From Synechococcus sp. (GTDB taxonomy: Bacteria; Cyanobacteriota; Cyanobacteriia; Thermostichales; PCC-7336), in assembly GCA_051439605.1 (NCBI GenBank), contig JBFRWN010000020.1, forward strand, positions 1 to 48,822: DNA of 48,822 nucleotides, written 5' to 3'. Positions 9,341 through 19,021 of this stretch are shown here, one piece after another (position 1 is the stretch's first letter; the number at the start of each line of letters is the position of its first letter). Made by a program: the position numbers and the translations under genes. The notes under the pieces were generated by a model, which worked only from the letters and a program-made list of their open reading frames with translations, searched no databases and was not told where the DNA came from.

Positions 9341-10987
9341 TCAGGAATCTAACGCCCCTTCAACCACCTCGGCAGTGGCGAAATACCCCTTTTCCGCCAA
9401 CTGGTTCAAAATGGATTGCGCTTCGGAACGGGTGGAATAATGGCCAACAATATAGACTTCGCGTCCAGCCGACTGTGCCGGGATCGCCGAGGGAGCCACC
9501 GACCGAACGGCTTCAATCGTGTCGCCAGTTTTGGGGGCGATGGTCACCCGATAGCGAGTGGACTGGGAAGCAGCTGCCACGACATCATCTGTATTCAAGA
9601 TGGGAGCAGGGGCATTGCCCGACAATCCGCCCCCCATCGATTGAGGAGTCACAGCAGTGGTTGAGAAATTAGTAGGTGCGGCTTGAGGGGGTGAACCAGA
9701 GAAGGGCACTGAGTGGAAGCCGTCGTTAGTAGTGGTTGTCTCTGCGACACTTGACGCTGCCGAGCTAGTCCCTCCGAGAGATGATTGCGATGGGGCAGCA
9801 TCCGATTTTTGCTGGGAAACGTTCGAGGGTTGCGGAGCAATGGAAGTTAGGGCATTGGAAGAGGGGACTCCGAGAGAAGGACCGCCAGCAGTAGGGACAT
9901 TAGACTGGCTAGCAGTCGGAGGTTCGCTTAAGGCATAGGCGTCAATCAAACCGGGAACCGCCGCAGTATTGCCAGCAGGGAGATCCGTAGAGCTGAAGGC
10001 CACTTCCCCCTTGATTTTGCTAACGTCATTCAGCTGATTCCCTTGAGCCTGAATAACGTTGCCTTTGGTGGCGTTATGAATATTTAAACTACCATTCCCC
10101 TCAAATAAGTTTCCCCCCGGATCTCCTGCAATACCGAGGTTAGGTTGGGAGTTGGAAATCGCCACCACGCCGTCTTCTAGGTTTTCGGTAATCACGTTGT
10201 TGCGCAGAATGGGTTGAGCATCATCGGTGATAACTAGACCGCTACGGTTGCGAGAAATGCGGTTGTTAACGATCAGGGGCCGCGAATTTTTGCTGACAGC
10301 AATGCCGTAGCCCGTTTCTTGAATCAGATTGTCTGCAATGGTGGGGGTAGAGGTACCGAGTACCGAAATTCCGTTGGCCCCATTGCGGTAGAAGCGGTTA
10401 TCGATAATTTTGGGAGCAGATTGTCCGGCAACAAACACGCCGTCGTGGACGTTACCGGTGAAGGTGTTGTGCTCGATTGTGGGGGCAGCAGATTCCACCC
10501 ACACGGCATATCCGCGACGTCCCTCGTTGCGCACGGTTACGCCACGCACTTGTGAAGAGTCTTTCGCCAGGATGGCGATACTCTGGCGGGCCATTGTGGG
10601 GCTGATGAAGTTGCCCCCTCCCACAATGAGATATCCCTCGCCATAGCGACTTTCATCCCCGCGTAGGATCACCCCTGGGGAAATCGTCAGCGGAAACACT
10701 TCACCGGATGCAGCATTGTAAGTGCCGGGGGCCAATTGAACAACTGTCCCCGGTGTGGCCTGTTGCAGGGCAAGGGTAAGGGTTTTGAGGGGGGCTTCGG
10801 AACTGCCATCGCCGCGATCGCTACCGGTTGCTCCATTCACGTGGATAGTGCGCAATATCTGTTGGGGGCCTGAGGAATTGATGGGTACTTGGGCACGAAC
10901 CTCGGCCAGCATGCCTAAAGGTACAGACAGGCTAAGCCCAAAGGTGGCCACTATCAGCCCAAAACCAAGACCGCAACTGCGTTTCAT
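9341..10987 (-). CDS. Exported DUF1565 / parallel beta-helix protein with S/T/A/P-rich linker and C-terminal SPOR-like domain
   Basis: N-terminal signal-like segment; GSDRGDGS..AP.KT.T.AL and GE.FP; repeated P.I.NN.f..N...G beta-helix turns; low-complexity linker; C-terminal VGHYSTRSEAQ..L..KG. Start may be 11011. Confidence 0.8.
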   Translation of the reverse strand: MKRSCGLGFGLIVATFGLSLSVPLGMLAEVRAQVPINSSGPQQILRTIHVNGATGSDRGDGSSEAPLKTLTLALQQATPGTVVQLAPGTYNAASGEVFPLTISPGVILRGDESRYGEGYLIVGGGNFISPTMARQSIAILAKDSSQVRGVTVRNEGRRGYAVWVESAAPTIEHNTFTGNVHDGVFVAGQSAPKIIDNRFYRNGANGISVLGTSTPTIADNLIQETGYGIAVSKNSRPLIVNNRISRNRSGLVITDDAQPILRNNVITENLEDGVVAISNSQPNLGIAGDPGGNLFEGNGSLNIHNATKGNVIQAQGNQLNDVSKIKGEVAFSSTDLPAGNTAAVPGLIDAYALSEPPTASQSNVPTAGGPSLGVPSSNALTSIAPQPSNVSQQKSDAAPSQSSLGGTSSAASSVAETTTTNDGFHSVPFSGSPPQAAPTNFSTTAVTPQSMGGGLSGNAPAPILNTDDVVAAASQSTRYRVTIAPKTGDTIEAVRSVAPSAIPAQSAGREVYIVGHYSTRSEAQSILNQLAEKGYFATAEVVEGALDS

Positions 10988-11403
10988 TAGCACGTCTCCG
11001 TAATAACCCAACCCTTAACAACCCACTCCGTGCCAGTAACACCACCATCCGCTCTAAAGCCGGTCCTCTCTAAAGCGATAGCCCAAAGCCTAGAGAAAGC
11101 TTGCCAGTTCGCTGCCAGGTCGGACTGGCACGATCCCTACAAGCTGGGACTCTATCGGCAACGAAGGCGACTAATGGGAGCAATATTGAACACTATATGT
11201 AGTATGACTTTACTCAAGCGTTTACGCTCACATTTTCTACTGACGGCAAAATATTTCAACAATAGTAGCCGCAGACTCCACGATCTTTTCTTGGTGACAG
11301 TAGGCACTATATACAGTGCCGTACTCTGAACGTGCAGAATTCTTGATGGCAGAGATGTCCTGAGCCACTTGACGGTCGCGCCAGGAGCTAGGATAAATAC
11401 GCC

Positions 11404-12489
11404 TTGATTGAGACCCATTTCTTGCCAGCTTGCAGTTCTACCCCAGCCTCCTCCTCCACAGCCAACACCAACACGCCTGAGGCGATCGCCCGCATCCTAG
11501 ATGCGAATCTCGATCGCTCCCGCGAGGGATTGCGGGTGCTGGAGGATTGGTTTCGGTTCTCTACTGAGAGCGTCGAGGTTGCAGAAGATTTTAAGGATAT
11601 GCGCCAAAGACTGGCGGCTTGGCACAGCGATCGCTATCGCATCGCCCGCGACACCCCTAACGATCCTGGCACCCAGCTGCATCATGAAAAAGAGGCCCGT
11701 CGGGATAGCCTCAACACCTTGCTGAAGGCCAACTTTAGTCGCGTACAGGAGGCTCTACGGGTGTTGGAGGAATACGCCAAATTGGATAACCCCGACATGG
11801 CAACAGACTGCAAGCAAATGCGCTATCGCACCTACGTTTTGGAGAACGTGGCTATGGCAGACCAATTGCGCGATCGCCTTAAGCAAGCATCTTTGTACCT
11901 CATCACTTCCCAGACTCCTAACTGGTTGGAGGCGGTGGAAGCATCGCTGCAGGGGGGAGTTCGGCTGGTGCAGTATCGCAACAAGAATGGCGATTATCGC
12001 ACCATGCGGGCAGAGGCAGCTGCCCTGAAAGCTGTTTGCGATCGCTACGAAGCCCTCACGATTGTGAATGACCGCGTCGATATTGCCCTTGATATCGGCG
12101 CGGATGGCGTGCATTTAGGGCAAACGGATATGCCCGTGGAAACCGCCCGTCAAATGCTGGGTCCCCATCGACTCATTGGGCAATCCACCACCAATTGGGA
12201 AGAGATGCAGCAGGCGCTGCAGACCTCTGCTGATTACATTGGAGTGGGGCCAGTCTATGCGACGCCGACAAAGGCGGGTAAGGCTCCAGCTGGGTTGGAG
12301 TACGTCCGACTAGCGGTGAAAAACTCTACGGTACCTTGGTTTGCGATTGGGGGGATTAATGTCGAGACGTTGCCGGAGGTGGTAGCAGCGGGGGCAACCC
12401 AAGTATCGGTGGTGCGATCGCTGATGGTGGCGGAAAATCCAACTGAGGCGGCCCACCAAATGCTTGAGATCCTAGCCCAAAACAACTGA
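11404..12489 (+). CDS. thiE: Thiamine-phosphate synthase (cyanobacterial form with N-terminal helical domain)
   Basis: RILDANLDRSREGLRVLED N-domain, then LYLIT, VQYR.K, IVNDRVDIAL..GADGVHLGQ.D, GPVYATPTK and FAIGGI. Start position uncertain. Confidence 0.93.
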   Translation: MIETHFLPACSSTPASSSTANTNTPEAIARILDANLDRSREGLRVLEDWFRFSTESVEVAEDFKDMRQRLAAWHSDRYRIARDTPNDPGTQLHHEKEARRDSLNTLLKANFSRVQEALRVLEEYAKLDNPDMATDCKQMRYRTYVLENVAMADQLRDRLKQASLYLITSQTPNWLEAVEASLQGGVRLVQYRNKNGDYRTMRAEAAALKAVCDRYEALTIVNDRVDIALDIGADGVHLGQTDMPVETARQMLGPHRLIGQSTTNWEEMQQALQTSADYIGVGPVYATPTKAGKAPAGLEYVRLAVKNSTVPWFAIGGINVETLPEVVAAGATQVSVVRSLMVAENPTEAAHQMLEILAQNN

Positions 12490-12544
12490 AGGTTGACTGG
12501 ATTTTTTAAAGATTGAAGGGCTGTTTGTGGAGGTAGCAACGATC

Positions 12545-12745
12545 GTGAAATTATTTGTGAATGGTGAATCTCAAGAGGTACCCTCCGATCTGACGATGCG
12601 CCAACTGCTACAGCATCTGAAACTGGAACCCAGGATGGTTGCGGTGGAGTATAATGGCGAGATTTTGCACCGTCAGAATTGGGATAGTACGGTGATGGGA
12701 GAGGGCGATCGTTTGGAGATTGTCACGATGGTGGGTGGGGGTTAA
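12545..12745 (+). CDS. thiS: Sulfur carrier protein ThiS
   Basis: VNGE, VAVEYNGEI and LEIVTMVGGG C-terminus. GGAGG RBS before GTG at 12545. Confidence 0.93.
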   Translation: MKLFVNGESQEVPSDLTMRQLLQHLKLEPRMVAVEYNGEILHRQNWDSTVMGEGDRLEIVTMVGGG

Positions 12746-12810
12746 TACATAGATCAAATTCTTGCGAGTATTCTAGAAAACTAAATTGCCCCCTCCGGGA
12801 ATACAATTGT

Positions 12811-14403
12811 TCAGGATTGAATACTCTGTTCAATGTAGCCCGTCACCTGTGGATATGCTGGATCCTCTTCAGTAATCTCTCTTTCTTGAATGCTCTGTTC
12901 AATGCAGTCCATTGCCTGTAAATATGCTGGATCCTCTTCAGTGATTTCTCTTTCTTCCATAGCATTTTCAGTCACAGAAATAGCTTTTCTCGCGTTGTCG
13001 GCAATGACAGTATTTGCAAGGAGTTCGATCGATTCGTGGCGCTCGACATGATTTAACGCATCAACATACTTACGACTATGGGTATGTCGTACGGATTCTT
13101 GGCAATAATTTGATAGCTCTCGACTTTCTGTCATTACTTCAAATGCAAAGTTCTTTTCTTCATCACTGCCATAAACAACTCTGTAAAGAAGATTGACCAT
13201 TGAAGAGTCATGATAAGGAATGGAATATTTTTCTTCTATTTGGGGCCAGTATCTTAAGGCCTTAAGTCCCTCCAACGCTCCTGTATTCAACCCCTTGTAT
13301 TCACACCAGATTTCAAGTTCACCAATGTCGTTGGGGCAGCGCCCATATTCAAGCATTCCTTGCGCTAACGCTTGACCCGCCTGGAAATTTCTGGTTGGCA
13401 TTCCTCGCACGGGAAGCATCATACTTCCCCTAATGTCGGAGACGATCGCCGTTAGCTGAGAAAACGTATGATCGCGAACTCGTTCGCTAAAGCTCCCTTT
13501 ACTAAGGGTGGCTTCAATGTGTGGCAGCGCATATCCCAGCTCGGTCAACTCGATCGGTTGCTGACTGTATAATTTCTGGCGATCTTTTCGAGACATCGAC
13601 ACCGTTGCCGCTTGATCGAGACATTGGTGGAGTAAAAGCGTCAGCAATGTCGGTAACATCGCGGGATTGTTCTGGTGATATTCGTACCCAAACCCTGCAA
13701 AAATAGAGGACATATTTTTGGCCGCTTTAATATATTGGGCTTCTACATTATGGATTCCGGGTGAGACTTGAACATTGGGGGAGAGTTTATTGAGAATGTA
13801 TGCACCGAATAGAGCGGTCAGGGCATTCGGATGGCAAAAGTTAGCTGTAAAACTATCCAATGGATCGCGTAGGGATCCATGTCTGTGGAATCCGGAAAAG
13901 AACGCTAGATTGGTATTTTTCTCACAAAGGACATAGGATTCATTTTTGACTTCATCGTGGTTGAAGGAACCGGCCAAGCAAGCCAAAACTACATTTGGAC
14001 GGTATATTCTCTCTTTAATTGATTGAGCATCGATTAAATCCCGTTCAATATATTTACTGTTGGAGCTCAACAGAACTAAATCGCATTTAGAAATTAGATA
14101 TTCTAACGTATTGGGGATTGCAGTACCGTGTTCTTTGTGTTCAGACATGCGCTTCAATTTAGCCACATGCCTGGGGTCCATCCCTTGAATCTCTTCTGGT
14201 GAGAATGCACCTAGCAGCTCTCTGCCTGGACGTGCAGCAAGCAATAACGACCTCTCGCTCTTTTGCATGGCGGAGTTATAGGCCAGCGAAGCGGGATAGA
14301 GGCCAATGCTGTAAAAGCCTACTTTGGCTTTACACAGTTGACGGATCCGTTGTTTAATCAGTCTCCTGTCAAGAGAGTTACTAAAAAAGTCGTTATGCAT
14401 CAC
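12811..14403 (-). CDS. Hypothetical protein, divergent NAD(P)-dependent glycerol-3-phosphate dehydrogenase (GpsA)-like fold
   Basis: 530-aa ORF with ordered motifs resembling GpsA: DLVLLSSNS, FFSG, AAKNMSSIFAG, TRNFQAGQALAQG and LEG. Same strand as and downstream of ggpS-glpD. Confidence 0.55.
   Translation of the reverse strand: MMHNDFFSNSLDRRLIKQRIRQLCKAKVGFYSIGLYPASLAYNSAMQKSERSLLLAARPGRELLGAFSPEEIQGMDPRHVAKLKRMSEHKEHGTAIPNTLEYLISKCDLVLLSSNSKYIERDLIDAQSIKERIYRPNVVLACLAGSFNHDEVKNESYVLCEKNTNLAFFSGFHRHGSLRDPLDSFTANFCHPNALTALFGAYILNKLSPNVQVSPGIHNVEAQYIKAAKNMSSIFAGFGYEYHQNNPAMLPTLLTLLLHQCLDQAATVSMSRKDRQKLYSQQPIELTELGYALPHIEATLSKGSFSERVRDHTFSQLTAIVSDIRGSMMLPVRGMPTRNFQAGQALAQGMLEYGRCPNDIGELEIWCEYKGLNTGALEGLKALRYWPQIEEKYSIPYHDSSMVNLLYRVVYGSDEEKNFAFEVMTESRELSNYCQESVRHTHSRKYVDALNHVERHESIELLANTVIADNARKAISVTENAMEEREITEEDPAYLQAMDCIEQSIQEREITEEDPAYPQVTGYIEQSIQS
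12817..12954 (-). repeat. Imperfect in-frame 69-bp tandem duplication at the C-terminus of the GpsA-like ORF
   Basis: Units 12817-12885 and 12886-12954 encode EREITEEDPAYPQVTGYIEQSIQ and EREITEEDPAYLQAMDCIEQSIQ. Confidence 0.9.
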
Positions 14404-14591
14404 CAGTTATTATTTGGGGATTTTTTGCTTGTGGGAGAAGCAGGCTAAGAATATAAAGATGAAATCACTTAATTCAGTTTAAAATCTAAATTCCATCGGA
14501 GCTTTAATATACCTCAATAGCTTACTAAACAACGATGCAGGGCTACGTGACAGGGGTCAAGGGTTTGAGATTTAACGTTAACCTAAATGTA

Positions 14592-16295
14592 TTACCGTTC
14601 GACAGTTGACGGCAAAGGAAGGGGGATTTCCCCAACTTTGGCGTAATCGGGAATGCAGTTTTCAAGCATGTAGGTATGATGCTGGGTTGTTTGCTTTTGA
14701 CAGGTAGGCCAATCCCAATTGCAGTAGCGCATCAAGATATCGGCGATCGCCGCAACCGCTTCACCTCCGTAATCGTCCAGGACCGACAAAGCAGTCCGAC
14801 GGTTAACAATATCGGTCAGCGTACGGGCGTATTCAGAGCGCACGGCATAAACGGCTTGTGCTTTGATATCGGGCAAACCATTGACAATGGGGTCAAAAAG
14901 TTCAGGAGTTTCATCCCCCAATGCCAATACTGCTGAGGCCTTATTGCCATATAGCTCGAACAGATGGTTGATGGTCAGTGGAGACAGGCGATCGCCATAG
15001 GTCTTCAAGGTCTCTACGATGGCAGGATCGCTAGCTTCGATGGCACCGGGCAATTTCTGGTCTGCCGTTGTGCAAGGGGGAACCGGTTTACTCAGCTTGC
15101 TGTATACCCGATCGACAATTTCTTCGCTGCAGTTGCGGTAGGTAGTGAGTTTTCCGCCAATCAGAGAAATTAGGTTGGTGACGCCTCCCTCTTTTGCGTG
15201 GTCGAGAACGATGTGTTTGCGGGTGATGGCCCCTGCGGATTGACCTTCTCGGTAGGGGAGAGGACGCACCCCAGAATAGGTAAACCGCACCTGCTCTCGC
15301 TTGAGTTGAGCCGTAGGTAGAACGGTATTGGTGGCATCAAGAAGATAATCGATTTCGTCGTTGCTGGCTTTGACGCGATCCAGATCCCCGTCGTAGCGGA
15401 AATCTGTGGTGCCGATTAGAAAGCCCCCCAACCAAGGGATGATGAAATAGGGACGTCCATCTTGAACTGCTTCCACGTATAGGGCCGTACTGGGAGCTCC
15501 TGGAAACGGGTCCACAAACAGGTGACTGCCCTTAGTCCCGCCAATCAAGCGGCGATCGCTCAAGGGTTTCGGCCCACCCGCTTGAGTCCCAATATTTGAG
15601 ACCTCATCTAACCAAGGGCCGGCGGTGTTAACCACCACAGTCTTGGGACTCACGGAGAAACACAACTCCTGCCCCGTCAGTCCATCGCGACAGTGCAGCT
15701 GAGAAACATGCCCGTTCTGCTGTTGCACCTCTGTCACTTCGGTGTAGTTCAACACCGCTGCCCCAGCGGCTTCCGCCGACTGTACCACCTCCAAGCAAAG
15801 TCGTTCAGCATATTCCACTTGAGCGTCGTAATACTGGGCTGCCCCCTGCAATCCTTGAGGCGCCAGAGAGGGAAATAGGCGTTGGCATGCGGTGAGTCCC
15901 AATATGCGGTGATTGGGTACAGATTTGTCATAGCTGAGCAAGTCGTAAAGCCCCATCCCCACCTTAATCGCCCACCCACTGTGGGCGCTATTGCGGTACA
16001 GGGGCAACGTGAGCAGGAGGGGCTTTACTAGGTGTGGAGCATTGCGCAGCAGAATTTCCCGTTCCCTGAGGGATTCGCGCACCAGCGGAAATTCCAGGTA
16101 CTCCAAGTAGCGCAGCCCACCGTGAATGAGGCGAGTGGACCAACTGGTGGTACCGCCACCAAAGTCCCCTTTCTCGATCAGGAGGGTTTTCAATCCCCTC
16201 AGTGCGGCATCGCGCGCGACTCCAGCTCCATTGATGCCCCCTCCAATAACGATCAGGTCGTATTGGGTAGTTTGAATGGCGTGCAAATCGGGCAT
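14592..16295 (-). CDS. glpD: FAD-dependent glycerol-3-phosphate dehydrogenase
   Basis: YDLIVIGGGINGAGVARDAALRG, GTTSWSTRLIHGGLRYLE, KGSH, IGTTD, YSGVRPL and GGKLTTYR. Confidence 0.95.
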   Translation of the reverse strand: MPDLHAIQTTQYDLIVIGGGINGAGVARDAALRGLKTLLIEKGDFGGGTTSWSTRLIHGGLRYLEYLEFPLVRESLREREILLRNAPHLVKPLLLTLPLYRNSAHSGWAIKVGMGLYDLLSYDKSVPNHRILGLTACQRLFPSLAPQGLQGAAQYYDAQVEYAERLCLEVVQSAEAAGAAVLNYTEVTEVQQQNGHVSQLHCRDGLTGQELCFSVSPKTVVVNTAGPWLDEVSNIGTQAGGPKPLSDRRLIGGTKGSHLFVDPFPGAPSTALYVEAVQDGRPYFIIPWLGGFLIGTTDFRYDGDLDRVKASNDEIDYLLDATNTVLPTAQLKREQVRFTYSGVRPLPYREGQSAGAITRKHIVLDHAKEGGVTNLISLIGGKLTTYRNCSEEIVDRVYSKLSKPVPPCTTADQKLPGAIEASDPAIVETLKTYGDRLSPLTINHLFELYGNKASAVLALGDETPELFDPIVNGLPDIKAQAVYAVRSEYARTLTDIVNRRTALSVLDDYGGEAVAAIADILMRYCNWDWPTCQKQTTQHHTYMLENCIPDYAKVGEIPLPLPSTVER

Positions 16296-16417
16296 AGCTC
16301 TCTTTGAGTTCAACCAATCCGAACCAGCAGCTAGCTATATTCAGTAATACTCCCCCTTTGATTGAGAGGCTCGTCATTTCAGGATTCGGCAATTGCCATC
16401 AACCGACTTAGGGTAGG

Positions 16418-17932
16418 CTAAGCCACTGTGGTCAAGGGAGCCTCTACCTCTGGACGGTCGATCGCCATTGCCTCACGGAACAGATGGTAAGCCCACTGGT
16501 TCACGTCATAGCGACTCACGATATCGTACATGGCCTGCATACGTTTTTGTTGCTCTTCGACTGGCATATCCAGCGCCTCATCGAGGCATTTGTCCATAGA
16601 TGTGAAGGAGTGGGGATTGGCTAAGATTGCATCGGGCAATTCGACGGCAGACCCGGTAAATTCAGATAAAATCAGCGCTCCGTCAGTGCCTTGTTTCGCA
16701 GCGATATATTCTTTGGCCACCAGGTTGAGGCCATCCCGCAGTGGGGGAATACACGCCACGTCGGCAGCGCGATAGTAGGCCACCATCTCTTCGAAGGGGA
16801 AAGGCTGGGTAAAGAGACGAATGGGCACCCAATTCAGGGTGGCAAAGCGACCGTTGATCTGTCCGGCCAGCTGCTCGATTTCTTGGCGGTATTCTTCGTA
16901 AACTCGCATCCCTTCTGCTGCAGCCACGGACACATTGAGCAAAACGACTTTACCGTGCAGCTCGGGGCGGCGGTCCAGTAAGCGCTCGTAGGAGAGCAGA
17001 AGTTCGCGAGTGCCTTTGACGTAGTCTACGCGGCCTGCAGACAGAATTAATTTGCGATCTCCCACCTCCTCGCGGATGTTTTGGATGCGCTGATGGGTCT
17101 CTGGTTTGTTCAAAATTCCGTCGATCTGTTTCGGATTCGTACCAACGGGGAATGCATCGAGACGAATGGTGCGATCGCCATATTTCACCTTGGTTGACAT
17201 TTCCCGTTGAGCCAAAGCAGGACCCAGCTTGGTAAATACCTCATCCACTTCCCCCCGTTCGAGAACCTCTAAATGGCGGACGCTACCGGCGGCCGAGACA
17301 AAATTCTCAACATACCGGGGAATGTGAAACCCGATCAGATCGCAGCACAGCAAGCTATCCACAATTGCTTTGCGCCAAGGCAAAATTCCAAAGATGTCGG
17401 CCGAGGGGAACGGGGTGTGGTGGAAGAAGGCAATGCGGGCATTGGGCTTTTTCTGGCGAATGTAATGGGGAGTGAGCCAGAGATTGTAGTCATGCACCCA
17501 AATCAAGGCATCTTCAGCGGCCTCCTCACAGGCAGCATCCGCAAATAATTGGTTGATGCGTTTAAAGTTCTCCCAATTGGCCGAATCGTAGGTAAACTGA
17601 CTGGGGAAGGAATGAAGAATGGGCCAAAACGCTTCTTTTGAGGTGATGTGATAGAAGTCGCGAACTTCTTGAGAACTGAGGGGAATGCGACGAACTACAC
17701 AGTTCTCCCCTTCGCCCACCGACATGGTTTCCTGAAAATTTTCCCGCTGGCGGACGGTCACCTGCTTCCAGGCAATCCACGTGCCACGTTCGGCATTCAA
17801 GAAGAAACTTTTTAGAGTGGGAACAATACCATTGGGTTTTTTCTTTTCCTGATAGAAGACTTTTCCATCTTTGTGCACCTCATCGTAGGGCTCGCGATGG
17901 TACAGAATCACGAGAGAGGATTGATTGCTCAC
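16418..17932 (-). CDS. ggpS: Glucosylglycerol-phosphate synthase (GT20)
   Basis: SSLVILYHREPYDEV..GK N-terminus typical of cyanobacterial GgpS; WVHDYNL, FFHHTPFP, GRVDYVKG and LRDGLNLVAKEY; ggpS-glpD synteny. Confidence 0.95.
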   Translation of the reverse strand: MSNQSSLVILYHREPYDEVHKDGKVFYQEKKKPNGIVPTLKSFFLNAERGTWIAWKQVTVRQRENFQETMSVGEGENCVVRRIPLSSQEVRDFYHITSKEAFWPILHSFPSQFTYDSANWENFKRINQLFADAACEEAAEDALIWVHDYNLWLTPHYIRQKKPNARIAFFHHTPFPSADIFGILPWRKAIVDSLLCCDLIGFHIPRYVENFVSAAGSVRHLEVLERGEVDEVFTKLGPALAQREMSTKVKYGDRTIRLDAFPVGTNPKQIDGILNKPETHQRIQNIREEVGDRKLILSAGRVDYVKGTRELLLSYERLLDRRPELHGKVVLLNVSVAAAEGMRVYEEYRQEIEQLAGQINGRFATLNWVPIRLFTQPFPFEEMVAYYRAADVACIPPLRDGLNLVAKEYIAAKQGTDGALILSEFTGSAVELPDAILANPHSFTSMDKCLDEALDMPVEEQQKRMQAMYDIVSRYDVNQWAYHLFREAMAIDRPEVEAPLTTVA

Positions 17933-19021
17933 GTTGACACTCCGGAAATACTGACTAAGTAACTGATCGATATCTGAACGAAAACCTGGGACCTAAATTG
18001 TGAATCACTCGCAGCTTCCGTCTAAGGAAGCACGGTGGCAAATTGCCTGTCTCCTAAAACCGAGGTGCGGGACAAGCTCGATAGAAACTTTGGAAAAAAA
18101 GCGCTTTGCTTGTTCGCATAAACGATCGTTTGTAGCGGGTTTGCCCAAGGCTCTCTGTTTCGAATTGAATTGCCCTCGCGAAGCTACAAGACAGCAACCC
18201 TGGCTTTCCTTGGGGGATTCACGAACAGACGCTCCACAGCTAAATATAGGCCAACAACGGTTGCCTGCAATCCATCTATTGACTCGGCAATAATATGAAC
18301 CTGTCAGGGAACGATATAACCAGAGAACCGGATGGAGATTTTGTAGCATCCTCTCGCGCTTATTAGCGGCCTAATGCAGCAGTCGAACTATAGGAAATCA
18401 GTCCCTACGTATAGATCTAAAGAAAGCTCGTTTTCTAACAATCATCCCGGGGAGGCAAGTCGGTAATTTGACAGTTGGGTGGATTGAAGTCCAAACAAGT
18501 ACTTTAGATACGCTTCTGCTTCGACATGACGATGTGTCTAAACCTGAAGGCCTTGCACATCCTCTAAAACTGGGAGGGACAGATGATTTTCCCTTCGTAC
18601 CTTGACCAAAACCAGCAAAAGGTTAGGTAAGCACACTCTCAAGCATTAACGAAAAATGACTACATCTGTAAAATATGTAGTTTGGCAATCTTTCGTATCG
18701 TTTGTTTGAGCCAGCAATTGTGGTCATCTTAACACATGTATCACAATGGACACTGAACCTGCCGAGCTTCTAGAAGTAACAACCGAGGCTGTTATGCAGC
18801 AAAGAAATAAAGCTCAACATTTCTAGTCGTTTGGTAGCATGAAGTGCTGTCCAGATAGGCCGAGCTCTTTCCGTATATTTTTCACGTTTATCGCAAATTT
18901 TTATTGAGTTTCTCCTGGATTCAATGTCAACCCTGCACTAATACTAGCCATTGCTTGAGAGAGTATGAAATATATAGGTATAAGGTGATGGCTTTGATAC
19001 TTTTATAAGTTTTGGTGGGCC

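Noticed and set aside
11290..11403. Possible TPP riboswitch upstream of thiE
   Set aside because: The conserved GCTGAGA and CCTGA..GGATAATGCC..CGTAGGGA elements are not present.
18499..18512. LexA-like AGTAC-N4-GATAC in the ggpS-gghA spacer
   Set aside because: The right half departs too far from the AGTAC-N4-GTACT consensus.
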